This document shows positions 29,203 through 40,105 of a stretch of 64,000 nucleotides of DNA, piece by piece. Where the stretch lies: the NCBI GenBank assembly GCA_040879765.1, contig JBBDJQ010000001.1:271747-335746 (forward strand), read 5' to 3'. The notes below the pieces were generated by a model that saw only the letters and a list, made by a program, of their open reading frames with translations, searched no databases and was not told where the DNA came from. Source of the stretch: Candidatus Pacearchaeota archaeon. GTDB taxonomy: Archaea > Nanobdellota > Nanobdellia > Pacearchaeales > GW2011-AR1. Within the stretch, counting starts at the first letter, position 1, and every line of letters starts with the position of its first letter. The translations under genes were made by a program, and so were the position numbers.

Positions 29203-30003
29203 TTACTTTTTTATTTTAACTGAACTCATTGAAGTTGTTTTCGTTCTTAAGTTATTTATTTTTTGAAGGAAGAAATTTCCTAAATTAAAGAATTTAATAA
29301 GGAATCCAAAGATAGATAAAGAAATTCCTAATATGAACATGATTCTAAAGACAAAACCAGATTCGGAAAAAAGCAAAGGAATTATGGCTAATATGAAATT
29401 ATCAAATATCCCTGAGAATTTTTCAATTAATAAAAGTGGCAATGAGGAAATGATTATTGTAAGTCCTAAGAATCCAAATATGTCAAATTTATTTTCCATC
29501 AATAAAAAGATTATTACCGAAAGAATTATTGAGATTATTAATGTGGAGTAAAATTTGCTTTTCCATTCTTGCTTTGCTTCTTCTGTGAAAAGATAGGCTG
29601 GGTTTTTTTCTTTAAATAGGCACTTTATTATTGAATCACAGTCATATTCCTGTGCATAAGACTCATCAACTATGTCTCTAATACTTTCTTCTATTATTGC
29701 TTCTTTACCTTCTTCAACAACTTCGCAGGGGATGTCAATTATGTATCCTTCTTGAGAAAAGATAAATTCATCATTTATTTTACAATGTTCTTCTAAAACC
29801 GGAATAATTTCATCTATTTTACCATCAATTCCATCAAGGATTATTTCTTCTGTTTGCGTGCTAATTTCTTCTTTTAAATTTTCTTGATTTGCTGAAAGGC
29901 TCAACGTAAGGAAGATATTTCCCGCAGTTAATGAAAAGATTAAGAGTACTCCTAGGAAAAAAATTAAGCCTCCTTTTATCAATCCCATCAATTTTTGAAA
30001 CAA
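29203..30003 (-). CDS. Membrane protein with Cys-containing extracellular loop
   Basis: N-terminal TM, 3 C-terminal TMs. Confidence 0.7.
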   Translation of the reverse strand: MFQKLMGLIKGGLIFFLGVLLIFSLTAGNIFLTLSLSANQENLKEEISTQTEEIILDGIDGKIDEIIPVLEEHCKINDEFIFSQEGYIIDIPCEVVEEGKEAIIEESIRDIVDESYAQEYDCDSIIKCLFKEKNPAYLFTEEAKQEWKSKFYSTLIISIILSVIIFLLMENKFDIFGFLGLTIIISSLPLLLIEKFSGIFDNFILAIIPLLFSESGFVFRIMFILGISLSIFGFLIKFFNLGNFFLQKINNLRTKTTSMSSVKIKK

Positions 30004-30022
30004 ATCTTGTTTATAAAATTAA

Positions 30023-30904
30023 TCACATCCTTTCAAGAATTGAAATTCTTTTTTCTAAAGGAGGATGAGTTGAAGCAAGATTGTTCAATGGATTGGAGAA
30101 AAACAAAGGAGCAATAGCACTACTTACATTTTTATTTGGAATTTGGTTTTCTGTTTTTATTTTTCTCAAAGCGCCAATTAATCCTCTTGGATATCTAGTA
30201 AATTTAACTGCAGATGCATCTGCATTATATTCTCTTTTTCTCGAAATAGCAAATTGAACTAGTCGAACAATTATTGGCGCTAGAATTGCAAGTAAAATTC
30301 CTAAAAGGATAAAAATCCAATTTTTATTATCATTTCCTCCATGGCTAAACCAGAGACTGTGCAAATAAATCTCAGAGATTATGGAAACCAATCCTACTAC
30401 GACTGTTGCAACAGTCATATATCTTATATCAAAATTTGCTATGTGTCCTAATTCATGGGCCAATACCCCCTCTAATTCTTTTTTATCTAGTTTTTCTAAA
30501 GCTCCAGTTGTAATACAAACGACTGCATTTTCAGGATTTCTTCCAGAAGCAAAGGCATTTATTTGGGGAGATTCCATGACGTATAATTTGGGCATGGGGA
30601 TTCCAGAAGAAATTTTTAATCCTTCAACTAAATCATAAAATTGTTTATGTTTTTCCCTCGAAGCTTTTTTAGCATTAACCGATTTTATTGCAATACTTCC
30701 AGAATTATAATATGAAATCAAAATATAGCCTAATGAAAAAATAATTGAAATTATCATTATTATGAAAAAATAGCCTGGACTAAAGGCAAAAGAAATTACA
30801 TAACCCAATGCTATGAAAACTAAGAAAATTATTGATAGAAGGAAGAATGATTTCCATTTGTTCCTTGAAATTTGATCTCTAAAATCAACTTTGTTTTTTT
30901 CCAT
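30023..30904 (-). CDS. htpX: HtpX-like M48 zinc metalloprotease
   Basis: NAFASG, VLAHELGH, SRKREYNAD, STHPP. Confidence 0.93.
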   Translation of the reverse strand: MEKNKVDFRDQISRNKWKSFFLLSIIFLVFIALGYVISFAFSPGYFFIIMIISIIFSLGYILISYYNSGSIAIKSVNAKKASREKHKQFYDLVEGLKISSGIPMPKLYVMESPQINAFASGRNPENAVVCITTGALEKLDKKELEGVLAHELGHIANFDIRYMTVATVVVGLVSIISEIYLHSLWFSHGGNDNKNWIFILLGILLAILAPIIVRLVQFAISRKREYNADASAVKFTRYPRGLIGALRKIKTENQIPNKNVSSAIAPLFFSNPLNNLASTHPPLEKRISILERM

Positions 30905-30936
30905 ATAGTTTAAAATATAGAATTGTTTTTAAGTTT

Positions 30937-31443
30937 TTACTCCAGCCATTTATTGTTTTTTACAATTTTCAAGTTTTTCCATTTTTTTCCAAACCCAAGA
31001 TATTCATTTCCTTTGAAGTGAAAAATTACTAGCAGAGTGATGGCATAAATTAATTGTTTCTCAATGAAAGGGTGATGGGTTGGGGGAAGGTTCCCAGCCC
31101 ACATTAAGATAAACAATGTAAATCCTAAATAAGTTCCTAATTTATTTGCTATTCCAAAAGTTAGACTAATTCCTATCCCAAAAAGTCCTAACATAAATAG
31201 CCAATCAATAATTGCAAAGTTTGAGAGCCAATAATAAAAATTTATAAAAATTCCAGAAGTTTCATTTTGGAGAAATTCTTTGGTTGGAGAAATTCCATTA
31301 ATCCATGCGTTTCCCCTGACAGTTCCAAATCCCAATCCTAATAATTTATCAAAAAACGCCCATAAAAGAACCAAACCAAAACCTATTCTTAAAATCCCAA
31401 GTGTTAAATTTTGCCTTGAGTGATTCATATTAGCTAAATTCAA
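30937..31443 (-). CDS. DoxX-family membrane protein
   Basis: LRIGFG..LWAFFDKLLGLGF..AWING.SPT. Confidence 0.8.
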   Translation of the reverse strand: MNLANMNHSRQNLTLGILRIGFGLVLLWAFFDKLLGLGFGTVRGNAWINGISPTKEFLQNETSGIFINFYYWLSNFAIIDWLFMLGLFGIGISLTFGIANKLGTYLGFTLFILMWAGNLPPTHHPFIEKQLIYAITLLVIFHFKGNEYLGFGKKWKNLKIVKNNKWLE

Positions 31444-31984
31444 CCTTGATTTTCTTTTTCTCTATCTCTGTAATTTGCAAGTACTTTTTTTCTTTTCTCC
31501 CGAATAGAGTAGCGAATAAGTTTCCTGGAAGTTGCTGAATCATGTTATTGTATGCCAAAATCGAATCGTTGTAAAATTGTCTTGCATAAGCAATCCTGTC
31601 TTCGGTAGTTGAGAGCTCCTTTTGAAGTTCAAGAAAATTTGTATTTGCTTTTAAATCTGGATAATTTTCTGCTATTGCAAACAATCTTCCTAAAGCAGAT
31701 TCCAAAAGCCCATCTGCACGGACTTTGTTTTCTATACCCTTTGCGTTTGTTAAAGCCTTCCTTGCTTCGTTAACTGATTTTATGACCATCTTTTCATGCT
31801 TAGCATAGCCTTTGACAGTTTCAATTAGATTAGGAATTAAATCAGCTCTACGTTTTAGTTGGACGTTTATTTGTGAAAGAGAATTTTCTATCCTATTAGC
31901 TAGGGTAATGAACCTGTTGTAATATATAAAAGTCATTAAAATAACTACTAAGATTATTACTGCAAGAACCCATAGCCAACTCAT
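31430..31984 (-). CDS. lemA: LemA family protein
   Basis: QLKRRADLIPNL.ETVKGYAKHE, AENYPDLKAN, ARQFYND. Confidence 0.95.
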   Translation of the reverse strand: MSWLWVLAVIILVVILMTFIYYNRFITLANRIENSLSQINVQLKRRADLIPNLIETVKGYAKHEKMVIKSVNEARKALTNAKGIENKVRADGLLESALGRLFAIAENYPDLKANTNFLELQKELSTTEDRIAYARQFYNDSILAYNNMIQQLPGNLFATLFGRKEKKYLQITEIEKKKIKVEFS

Positions 31985-32394
31985 ATTTTGTGAAATTTAA
32001 TCTTATTTATAAATATGCCTATTGATACTTTGTTAATTTGAGGACACCTAAGCATATTAAAAAATTAATCTTTTTCTATGTTAATTTATCTCCCTTTATT
32101 TCAGCTTTCAATTCTTGTCTTGATCTCCATTTAAGCATTTCAAAAAGTTTCTAGTCACAACTTCTAAAGATCCCCCATCATAATTGATGGAATGGTTTAT
32201 GATTCAACTGATTAGATTTTCCAACATTCTGGCAGAGAAGTGCCATTTTGCAACTTTGCGGATTTGATGAGACTAGTATTTTCAGAGGACGGCATGGAAC
32301 TAATCAAAAACAAGCCAATGTCCTGGAGGTTATTTAATTTGGGATTTAACTTAGAATCAAAAAACTTTATTAATCCGTTCTGTTTATTTTTATA

Positions 32395-34677
32395 ATGAAA
32401 GAAGAGGGTGAGGGTTCAGGAGACTTTATAAAATGGTTCTCTGAATTAGATAAGGAATCAATTTCCATTGTTGGGGGAAAGGGTGCGAACCTTTCTGAAA
32501 TTTATAATTTGAAAATTCCAGTTCCTCCTGGCTTTGTTGTAACTACAAAAGCTTATGATTTGTTTTTAGAAAGAGCAAAAATAAAGGAGAAGATTTCTGA
32601 AATCTTAGAAAAAATAAATTATGAGAACACCAAGAATATAGATTCTTTCACAAAAGAGATAAGGGATTTAATCACCGATGCTGAAATGCCTAAAGAAATA
32701 GAAGAGGAAATTATAGAATCATATAATCATCTTAACTCTGATTCTGAAAGTGTAAAATCTAAACATGCTGAGGAAATTTTGAATGATGATTCCGAAGAGG
32801 AGTCTTTGGTTATTGTTCGTTCTTCTGCAACTACTGAAGATTTAGAGGATTCTAGTTTTGCAGGACAACAAGATACCTTCTCTAATGTTAAAGGTGGAGA
32901 AGAAGTGGTTGAAAATGTGAAAAAAGCTTTTGCCTCTTTGTTTACATCTAGGGCAACTTATTACAGGAATAAAAAAGGTTTCAAACACACAGAAGCAAAG
33001 CTGGCGGTTGTGGTTCAGAAAATGATAAATTCTGAAAAATCGGGCGTTATTTTTTCTAAAGATCCTTCTTACGAAAAAGATAATCTAATAATTGAAGCGG
33101 TTTTTGGAATGGGGGAGGGTATTGTTTCTGGCAGCATAAATCCAGATAAATATCTTGTTAAAAGAAGTGATGATTTTGAAATTCTTAATGTTAGGGTTTC
33201 TGATAAGAAAGTGGCTATAACCAGAAACAAAGACAGGAAAAACGTTGAGGTTAAACTTCCCGATTCAACTTCTAAAGCGCAGGTTTTAAGCAAATATGAA
33301 ATACAAAAATTATCCGAACTCGCATTAAAAATTGAAGAACATTATGGTAAGGCCCAGGACATAGAATTTGCAATAGAGGGTGAAGAAATTTATATTGTCC
33401 AAACCCGGGCCATAACAACTATTGGAACTAGGGTTAATGAAGGCAAGGAGATAAAGGGAGAAAGTATTTTGGAAGGTATTGGAGGCTCGCCAGGAATTGC
33501 TTCCGGCAAGATAAAGATTATAAAAGACTTGAAAGATTTAGATAAAATAAAAGAAGGAGATGTTTTGGTTACTGGCATGACAAATCCTGACATGGTTGTG
33601 GTTATGCAAAAAGCTTCAGCCATAGTTACAGATAAGGGTGGAATGACTTCACATGCCGCAATTGTTTCTCGAGAAATTGGGGTGCCTTCGGTAATTGGAA
33701 CTAATGATGCAACTTTAAAATTGAAAGAAGGAGAAATAATAACTGTGAATGGATTCACAGGTAAAATCTATAAGGGTAAAGTTGCAGAGACTGTTAAGAA
33801 AGAAATCCTTCCAGTCGAAGCCAATACAAAAACAAAAATAAAAGTTACAATTGATTTGCCTGAATTTGCTGAAAGGGCTGCAAAGACTAAACTTAACCAT
33901 GTTGGACTTTTAAGAATTGAAGGGATAATTGCAGAATCTGGAAAACATCCAGGATTCTTTTTGAAAAATAAAAAATTTGAAGATTATGAAAAAGTGATTT
34001 ACAAAGGGGTAAAAAAAATTGCTGAACACTTTGATAATATCTGGGTTAGAACTTCTGATGTTCGGAGTGATGAATTCCATAATCTTGAGGGAGCTCCAGA
34101 AAAAATTGAATTAAATCCAATGCTTGGAATGCATGGAATAAGGTATAGCTTGAAACATCCTGAAATTCTTAAGGCTGAATTGAGGGCTTTGAAAAAATTA
34201 ACCCAAGAAGGCAAAAAAATTGGAATTATGTTTCCTCAAATTATTTCTGTAGATGATATAAAAAAAATAAAAGAAATTTGCAAAGAGATAGAGTTTGAAA
34301 GACCTTACTTGGGGGTCATGATTGAAACTCCGGCTTCAGTTCAAATGATCCGGGAAATTTGCGAAGAAGGAATAAAATTTATTTCATTTGGAACTAATGA
34401 TTTAACTCAATATACCTTGGCCATAGATAGGGGTAATGAGAAAGTTCAGGAGATTTATGATGAAATGAATCCCGCAGTTTTAAAACAGATTAAACATGTT
34501 ATTAGAGTTTGTAAAAAGAATAAAATTAAAACAAGTATTTGTGGGCAGGCTGCAAATAGAAAAGAGATGGTTGAATTTTTAGTTCAAAGAAAAATTGATA
34601 GCATAAGTGTTAACCCGGATTCGGCAAAAGAAATTTCAGATTATGTTAAGGAATTAGAGAATAAAGAAAATTTATAA
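32395..34677 (+). CDS. ppsA: Phosphoenolpyruvate synthase (pyruvate,water dikinase)
   Basis: VGGKGANL, VRSSATTED, GGMTSHAAIVSRE, SFGTNDLTQ, SICGQ. Confidence 0.93.
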   Translation: MKEEGEGSGDFIKWFSELDKESISIVGGKGANLSEIYNLKIPVPPGFVVTTKAYDLFLERAKIKEKISEILEKINYENTKNIDSFTKEIRDLITDAEMPKEIEEEIIESYNHLNSDSESVKSKHAEEILNDDSEEESLVIVRSSATTEDLEDSSFAGQQDTFSNVKGGEEVVENVKKAFASLFTSRATYYRNKKGFKHTEAKLAVVVQKMINSEKSGVIFSKDPSYEKDNLIIEAVFGMGEGIVSGSINPDKYLVKRSDDFEILNVRVSDKKVAITRNKDRKNVEVKLPDSTSKAQVLSKYEIQKLSELALKIEEHYGKAQDIEFAIEGEEIYIVQTRAITTIGTRVNEGKEIKGESILEGIGGSPGIASGKIKIIKDLKDLDKIKEGDVLVTGMTNPDMVVVMQKASAIVTDKGGMTSHAAIVSREIGVPSVIGTNDATLKLKEGEIITVNGFTGKIYKGKVAETVKKEILPVEANTKTKIKVTIDLPEFAERAAKTKLNHVGLLRIEGIIAESGKHPGFFLKNKKFEDYEKVIYKGVKKIAEHFDNIWVRTSDVRSDEFHNLEGAPEKIELNPMLGMHGIRYSLKHPEILKAELRALKKLTQEGKKIGIMFPQIISVDDIKKIKEICKEIEFERPYLGVMIETPASVQMIREICEEGIKFISFGTNDLTQYTLAIDRGNEKVQEIYDEMNPAVLKQIKHVIRVCKKNKIKTSICGQAANRKEMVEFLVQRKIDSISVNPDSAKEISDYVKELENKENL

Positions 34678-34699
34678 ATAACTTATTCCTTTTTGACTC

Positions 34700-35218
34700 A
34701 TGGTTAGCAAAACCAAAAAATCAACTACTAAAAAGAAAATAACTAGAAAAAAAACTTCTACTTCTCCAAAAGTCAGTAAGCAAACAGTCCATTTGGAGCG
34801 GGCAGTTATTGAAAATTTTGTTGCCCTGCAAAAAGTTATGACAAATCTTTCTTTAAGATTTGATAATTTATCTACTCAGATTTCTAATCTTTTGGAGTTG
34901 TTTGAAATCTCTGCAAAGAACCTTGCGCAAAAAGATTTTGGTGCTGAAAAAGAAAATAGGAATAGTAAAGAAATTATCTCTAAGCTTAATAATCTTACAG
35001 ACCAAAATAAAGTTATTGCTCGTGGATTAACTCTTTTGCATGAATCTGAAGATTCTTATGGAAAAAATCCAGAAAAGAAAGAAATGAAAAATGAGCATGA
35101 TTATGAAGTTAAAAATGCCAAGCATCCTAATTTAGTTAATAAACAAGCGTCTATGGATATGGGAGATTATGAAAAATCCCTCTCTCCAGACAAATCAGAT
35201 GACATCCAAAAATCTTAG
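34700..35218 (+). CDS. Hypothetical coiled-coil protein
   Basis: Basic N-terminus, ENFVALQKVM..L..LLELFE heptads. Confidence 0.75.
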   Translation: MVSKTKKSTTKKKITRKKTSTSPKVSKQTVHLERAVIENFVALQKVMTNLSLRFDNLSTQISNLLELFEISAKNLAQKDFGAEKENRNSKEIISKLNNLTDQNKVIARGLTLLHESEDSYGKNPEKKEMKNEHDYEVKNAKHPNLVNKQASMDMGDYEKSLSPDKSDDIQKS

Positions 35219-35888
35219 ATATGGAACGTCTAAAGATAAAAGGATTTTAATTCTCCTTGAATTCACTAAGGAACTATTAAAAAATTCTGGTGAAGAGGTT
35301 TTTGAATTAGAGGAATTTAATAAAGAAGGATTCAAGAAACATAAGAAAATAAAAGATCCGTTTAAATTTCTTGAAAGAAAGGATAAGCAAATACTAAAAC
35401 CTAAAAAAGAGGAGAAGGAAGAATCTAAGAAGGCTGATAAAAAACAACATAATGATTTGCATAATAAAATCTTGAAAAGATTTGGAGCGATGAAAAAAGG
35501 AAATGTTAATTTTTTGAATATTCCAAAGCCAAAACTTCCAGAGAGATTTAATTACCTTAAACCAAGCCCCTCAAATATGGAAATTGACCTTGGAATTTTA
35601 AACCCTTTTTTGAAGGACCCTCTTGTAAAGAATATAGAATGTAATGGACCTGGAGAAAATATAATGGTGATTGGGACCATGGGCAGAAAGAAAACAAATA
35701 TTTTTTTGAATGAAGCACAAGTTGAAGAAGTTGTGAATAGATTTTCTAAATTAACCAAGATTCCTTCTCACGAAGGGGTTTTTAGGGTTGTTGCCGGGAA
35801 ATTTATTTTTTCAGCAGTAATTTCCCCCAAAATTGGTTCAAAATTTTTGATAAAAAAAATGTTTTATGATCCAAGATTTAGAAGATAA
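35199..35888 (+). CDS. Protein with VirB11/TadA-type ATPase N-terminal domain only
   Basis: LGILNPFLKDPLVKNIECNGPGENI; no Walker A. Confidence 0.55.
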   Translation: MTSKNLRYGTSKDKRILILLEFTKELLKNSGEEVFELEEFNKEGFKKHKKIKDPFKFLERKDKQILKPKKEEKEESKKADKKQHNDLHNKILKRFGAMKKGNVNFLNIPKPKLPERFNYLKPSPSNMEIDLGILNPFLKDPLVKNIECNGPGENIMVIGTMGRKKTNIFLNEAQVEEVVNRFSKLTKIPSHEGVFRVVAGKFIFSAVISPKIGSKFLIKKMFYDPRFRR

Positions 35889-36014
35889 TCATAATCTCTT
35901 CATGAAATCACATAAAATTTTTCCTCGCTACCTTTTAATATGGTTTCAATAGCTTTTTGATTATCTTTGGTATCATAAGCTATTTTTTTATTTGGTTCAT
36001 ATTGTTTATAAATT

Positions 36015-37469
36015 TTATTCGGATGAAGCGTTAATTTCTAAAATTGATTTACTTCCTAAAAATTCTTGGAGATTTTCATTTTGAGAATCTTGTTCAATAA
36101 AATTCTTTGATATATCTTTTAGGAATTTTATTTTCTCATCTTCAACTTTTTTTGTAAGACTTTTATTTGTATTTTCTAAACTATAATGATGCTCAATCCA
36201 ATATCTTCCTATCTCAAATCTAAAAACATAATCTTTAGAAGTTTTTTCAGCTTTAGTAACTATTAACTCTTGCCCAAATAAATTTTTTAATATGAGTTCT
36301 TTTTCTTCTTCAGTCAATTTTATTTCTTCATTCTCTTGAGGGTTTGTAAATGGGTTAAGAAAATCAAAATTGCTTTCACTCGAATTTGCAATTTCATTTG
36401 ATTTTAGAATTGTATTTAGGGAAATAATCTCCTTTTCCTTGTGAATTAAACTTATTTTTAGGTTTTCTCCTTCTGGATCAAACCCTAATTCAGATAAACT
36501 TATTGAGAGAATTTTGTTTTTTTTCTTAATGAAATCTTCTCCAAACCCTTCTTCTTGAATTGAATATTCTGTTGTAATGATTATTTGATTTCCTATGATT
36601 TTAAAATTTATTTCCGAGTCACTTAAATTTTCCGAGTTTGTTTTTACACTTCCTAAAATTAATTCTGCTGTTTGTCCTGAATTCAAATTATATGCAAAAT
36701 CATTTCCATATGAAACAATACCTTCTAAAATTCCCTCTTGGTTTGAAATAACATTTCCAGTTATAGTTGGGGTAACTTCCTCAGTTTCATTTTCTTTAAT
36801 TACCTCTTCTTGAATAACTTCTTCACTTTCATTTATTTTTTCAATCTCTTCTGAAGATTCTTCTGTTTGATTGCTTGGTTGAATTATTTCTTCTGTTGAA
36901 TTACTTTTTTCAGATTCATCAACTTTAGAATTTTCTGTTTGATTAATTACCTCTTCTTGAATAACTTCTTCACTTTCATTAATTTCTGGCTGGTTTGTTT
37001 GATTCCCGGTTATCTCTTCTTGGAATTCTAGTTGATCTTCAACAACTTCCTCTTTATTAGTTTCTGATTCCTTTGTGGGGTATAAATTTAATTTGAAAGA
37101 AACATTAGGATATGAAACTTTTTGACCTTTAATACCATATCCTTCTCCACTTCCAGATAAGGGATATCCTTTTAAGTAAAAATCTCCAGAGATTTTTTCT
37201 TCGTTTATTATTTCACTAAGCAAATATTCTTGTTTTTTCCCAGAATCTAGGTTTTCAAGTATGATCTTTGTAGAGCTGGGAATTAATTCTCCCTCATTGA
37301 TAGAAATTTTTAAACTCCCATTAAGCCCTTCGCCTTCAAGGTAAATTGCACTTGACTCTAAAATTATATTTCCTGTTAATTTTCCTCCAAATAGGAATAT
37401 GACATAGAAAAGTCCAACTATAAGTAGAATAAAAAAACTAATTAAAAAATAATTTTTAGTCTTTGACAT
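36015..37469 (-). CDS. Membrane-anchored surface protein with acidic repeat linker
   Basis: N-terminal TM + KLTGNII; E/N/T-rich linker with many N-x-[ST] sequons. Confidence 0.8.
   Translation of the reverse strand: MSKTKNYFLISFFILLIVGLFYVIFLFGGKLTGNIILESSAIYLEGEGLNGSLKISINEGELIPSSTKIILENLDSGKKQEYLLSEIINEEKISGDFYLKGYPLSGSGEGYGIKGQKVSYPNVSFKLNLYPTKESETNKEEVVEDQLEFQEEITGNQTNQPEINESEEVIQEEVINQTENSKVDESEKSNSTEEIIQPSNQTEESSEEIEKINESEEVIQEEVIKENETEEVTPTITGNVISNQEGILEGIVSYGNDFAYNLNSGQTAELILGSVKTNSENLSDSEINFKIIGNQIIITTEYSIQEEGFGEDFIKKKNKILSISLSELGFDPEGENLKISLIHKEKEIISLNTILKSNEIANSSESNFDFLNPFTNPQENEEIKLTEEEKELILKNLFGQELIVTKAEKTSKDYVFRFEIGRYWIEHHYSLENTNKSLTKKVEDEKIKFLKDISKNFIEQDSQNENLQEFLGSKSILEINASSE
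36797..36980 (-). repeat. ~37-bp direct repeat encoding INESEEVIQEEVI twice
   Basis: TTAATTACCTCTTCTTGAATAACTTCTTCACTTTCATT at ~36797 and ~36943. Confidence 0.8.
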
Positions 37470-37516
37470 TTGTCACCTTTCTCTTTCAGGCTTAGAATAT
37501 ATTTAAAGCTTGCGAG

Positions 37517-37819
37517 TTAAGATGTAGCTTCTGTCTCTAAAGATTCCTGTGTTTGTGTATCTGTTGCTGTGCTTGGTGCAGGGTCTTGAACTTCAACAGG
37601 AGCCAAAATAAGGGTCTGTTCTCCTACAGGGATGGCTGCATACCCTTGCGTTTGTATCTGCTGGACAATTGCATTAATTGTCAGTGCAACACCTTCTCCT
37701 TGAGCTGCAGCAAGATTTCTATCTATAAATGGTTGGATGACAAAAGCATATGCCATAATTGCAACCAAGATAACGATTATTGCTCCCAACAACAAATATA
37801 CCTTTTTGTGTGTATCCAT
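37517..37819 (-). CDS. Membrane-anchored hypothetical protein
   Basis: N-terminal TM helix. Confidence 0.7.
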   Translation of the reverse strand: MDTHKKVYLLLGAIIVILVAIMAYAFVIQPFIDRNLAAAQGEGVALTINAIVQQIQTQGYAAIPVGEQTLILAPVEVQDPAPSTATDTQTQESLETEATS

Positions 37820-37824
37820 TTTAT

Positions 37825-38520
37825 TTAAATCCTATTTGAGATTTCCACAAGAACCGTTATATCGGTTATGGAAACTCCATTTTTGTTCTCTGCATAAACA
37901 GAGATTGTGTCTCCTGGCTTGAATTCAACAACGCCTTTTGACTGAATATCATAGTCTTTCTTTATTCCGGCTGAAGAAACTCCAATCGAATTACTGAACT
38001 CAACAAGTTCTTGGTTTTTATAGATTCTTATTTGAATCTCTCCTTGACCTTGTAGAGCTTCTAAATTTGTTGAAAGTCCTACAATACTTCCTTGTCTTAA
38101 CATCACATAACCTTTATTTAAATTACTTTCGGTTCCAACGGAGGTCTTTAAGAATGCAGATTCTGAAGTGATCTCGCCTTCTCCAAATACTAAGAATGAA
38201 CTAGCATAAATCTCTGGAACTTTTTTAATTTCCCGACTCAAGCTTCCAGAAGTTATAATGAAGAATGAAGTCTTGTTTTTTTGTTTAACTTCGTAAAGAG
38301 AAACTGTTGTATCATCTATGTTTTCTAATTTGACCTGGTTTGGGAGTTCAGAAAGGTTAACTTTTTCAACACTCTCAATATCTGATTCAGGAATTCCTTT
38401 TTCTATAGCCTTTTCTTTAATTTCTTTTACTTTTTGCGTATCTTCTTGAGATTGTGCCACTACAAGACCCATCATTAAGAAAATCACTATAATTGAGAAT
38501 ACTACACCCAATTTTTTCAT
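37825..38520 (-). CDS. Secreted hypothetical protein
   Basis: Signal peptide; beta-rich C-terminal domain. Confidence 0.75.
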   Translation of the reverse strand: MKKLGVVFSIIVIFLMMGLVVAQSQEDTQKVKEIKEKAIEKGIPESDIESVEKVNLSELPNQVKLENIDDTTVSLYEVKQKNKTSFFIITSGSLSREIKKVPEIYASSFLVFGEGEITSESAFLKTSVGTESNLNKGYVMLRQGSIVGLSTNLEALQGQGEIQIRIYKNQELVEFSNSIGVSSAGIKKDYDIQSKGVVEFKPGDTISVYAENKNGVSITDITVLVEISNRI

Positions 38521-38566
38521 TATTAAAAAAGGAAAAATATTTATTTAAACTTTTCTAGTTTTTTGT

Positions 38567-38848
38567 ATGGAAGATAAGATAACTGAAGAAAAGCTAGCCA
38601 AATACTTTAAATTGACTTCTAAAGCTTTGGAAGAAGTTAAAGTCAATATTATTGATGGAAAAGAATCTGGAGCAAAGGAGATAATCAGTATGGTTTCAAA
38701 TTATCTTAATGATGCTGAGCATTTTAGAGGTAATGGGGATTTGGTAAATGCCTTTGCGGCTTTGAATTATGCTCATGGTTGGCTTGACTCTGGAGTCAGA
38801 CTCGGAATTTTTGATGTAAAGGATGATAAACTTTTTACTATTAAGTAA
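38567..38848 (+). CDS. DUF357 family protein
   Basis: NYLNDAEHF..GD.VNAFAALNYAHGWLD.G.RLG. Confidence 0.9.
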   Translation: MEDKITEEKLAKYFKLTSKALEEVKVNIIDGKESGAKEIISMVSNYLNDAEHFRGNGDLVNAFAALNYAHGWLDSGVRLGIFDVKDDKLFTIK

Positions 38849-38879
38849 ACTATAAAAAACCATTTCGCTTATTTTTTGT

Positions 38880-39578
38880 ATGAAAAAAAAGGTAGTTGTG
38901 ATTAGTCTTGGTGGAAGTCTTATTGTTCCAGATGATATAGATTATGAATTTCTTTATAAATTTAAAAAAGTAATTCTAAAATATTCAAAGAAATATAAGT
39001 TTGTTGTTGTTTGTGGCGGAGGTTCGGTTGCAAGAAAATACATAGATGGTTTGGAGAAAGTTAAATTTTTGAAAAAGAAAAGTTTTCATCAAGGACTTTT
39101 AGGAATTGCTTCAACTAGGCTGAATGCAAGGTTTATGACTTATTTTTTTGGGAATGATGCAAACAAAGGAATTCCCCACGATATGAAAGAAGTTAAGGGG
39201 ATGTTGAGAGTTTATGATGTTGTTTTTTGTGGGGCTTTGCGTTATGCAGAAAATGAAACTTCTGATGGAACTTCGGCTAAGCTTGCGAGATTTTTTGATA
39301 GCTATTTCATAAATATGACTAATATAAAAGGACTTTATAGTAAAAATCCAAAACAATTCAAAAATGCCAAATTCATCCCCTCTATTTCTTGGAAGGATTT
39401 TCATAAAATGGCTAATAAGGAAAAATTTAAACCAGGACAACATTTTGTTTTAGACCAAAATGCTTCCGGAATAATCATGAAATCAAAGATTCCAACTTAC
39501 ATTCTTGGCAAGGATTTAAAGCAACTTGAAAAATTATTTGAGGGAAAGGATTTTATTGGAACTAAAATTGGTGATTAG
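38880..39578 (+). CDS. pyrH: UMP kinase (archaeal type)
   Basis: VISLGGS, VVCGGGSVARKYI, TSDGTSA, TNIKGLY.KNP, PGQHFVLD. Confidence 0.9.
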   Translation: MKKKVVVISLGGSLIVPDDIDYEFLYKFKKVILKYSKKYKFVVVCGGGSVARKYIDGLEKVKFLKKKSFHQGLLGIASTRLNARFMTYFFGNDANKGIPHDMKEVKGMLRVYDVVFCGALRYAENETSDGTSAKLARFFDSYFINMTNIKGLYSKNPKQFKNAKFIPSISWKDFHKMANKEKFKPGQHFVLDQNASGIIMKSKIPTYILGKDLKQLEKLFEGKDFIGTKIGD

Positions 39579-39633
39579 GCATGCACATTAGTATATCGAG
39601 AAAATTAATAAACGGAAAATCCCTTAGGTTTGG

Positions 39634-40104
39634 ATGGCAGATTTTGTTTTGATTTCAGATAATAATTTTTTAAAAATTAGGAAGCAGATTAGAGAATCCT
39701 CTGGAAAGAGGATTGCTTTTTATAGCGAGGATGATGAATTAAATAGGAAGGTTTTGGAAAAGGAAAAGTTTGATATTCTTTTGCTTGGACTTAAGAGAAG
39801 AAAGGATTTTCAGAAACAAAGAAATTCTGGTTTAAATCAGGTTTTAGCAAATATTGCCAAAAAACAAAAAACTTCAATCGGAATCCTTCTTGATGAATTG
39901 GTTAATTCTGAAGGGAAAGAAAAATCAGATGTGCTTGGAAGATTAAAACAAAATATAGAATTATGTAAAAAGAATAATCTTAAAATGAATTTTATCTGCT
40001 TAAACTATGAGAATAAGAGAAATGTTTATGACCTTAGGTCTTTGGGGTTGGTTTTAGGAATGCCAACTTCAATGGTTAAAAGTTTGAATATTTATTTGAA
40101 ATAA
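39634..40104 (+). CDS. RNase P protein subunit Rpp30-like
   Basis: DDELNRKVLE...DILL...QRNSGLNQVLA.IAKK; DLRSLG..LGM. Confidence 0.75.
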   Translation: MADFVLISDNNFLKIRKQIRESSGKRIAFYSEDDELNRKVLEKEKFDILLLGLKRRKDFQKQRNSGLNQVLANIAKKQKTSIGILLDELVNSEGKEKSDVLGRLKQNIELCKKNNLKMNFICLNYENKRNVYDLRSLGLVLGMPTSMVKSLNIYLK

Positions 40105-40105
40105 A

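Noticed and set aside
32040..32340. Possible gene remnant or ncRNA between lemA and ppsA
   Set aside because: Only short broken frames and no convincing structure
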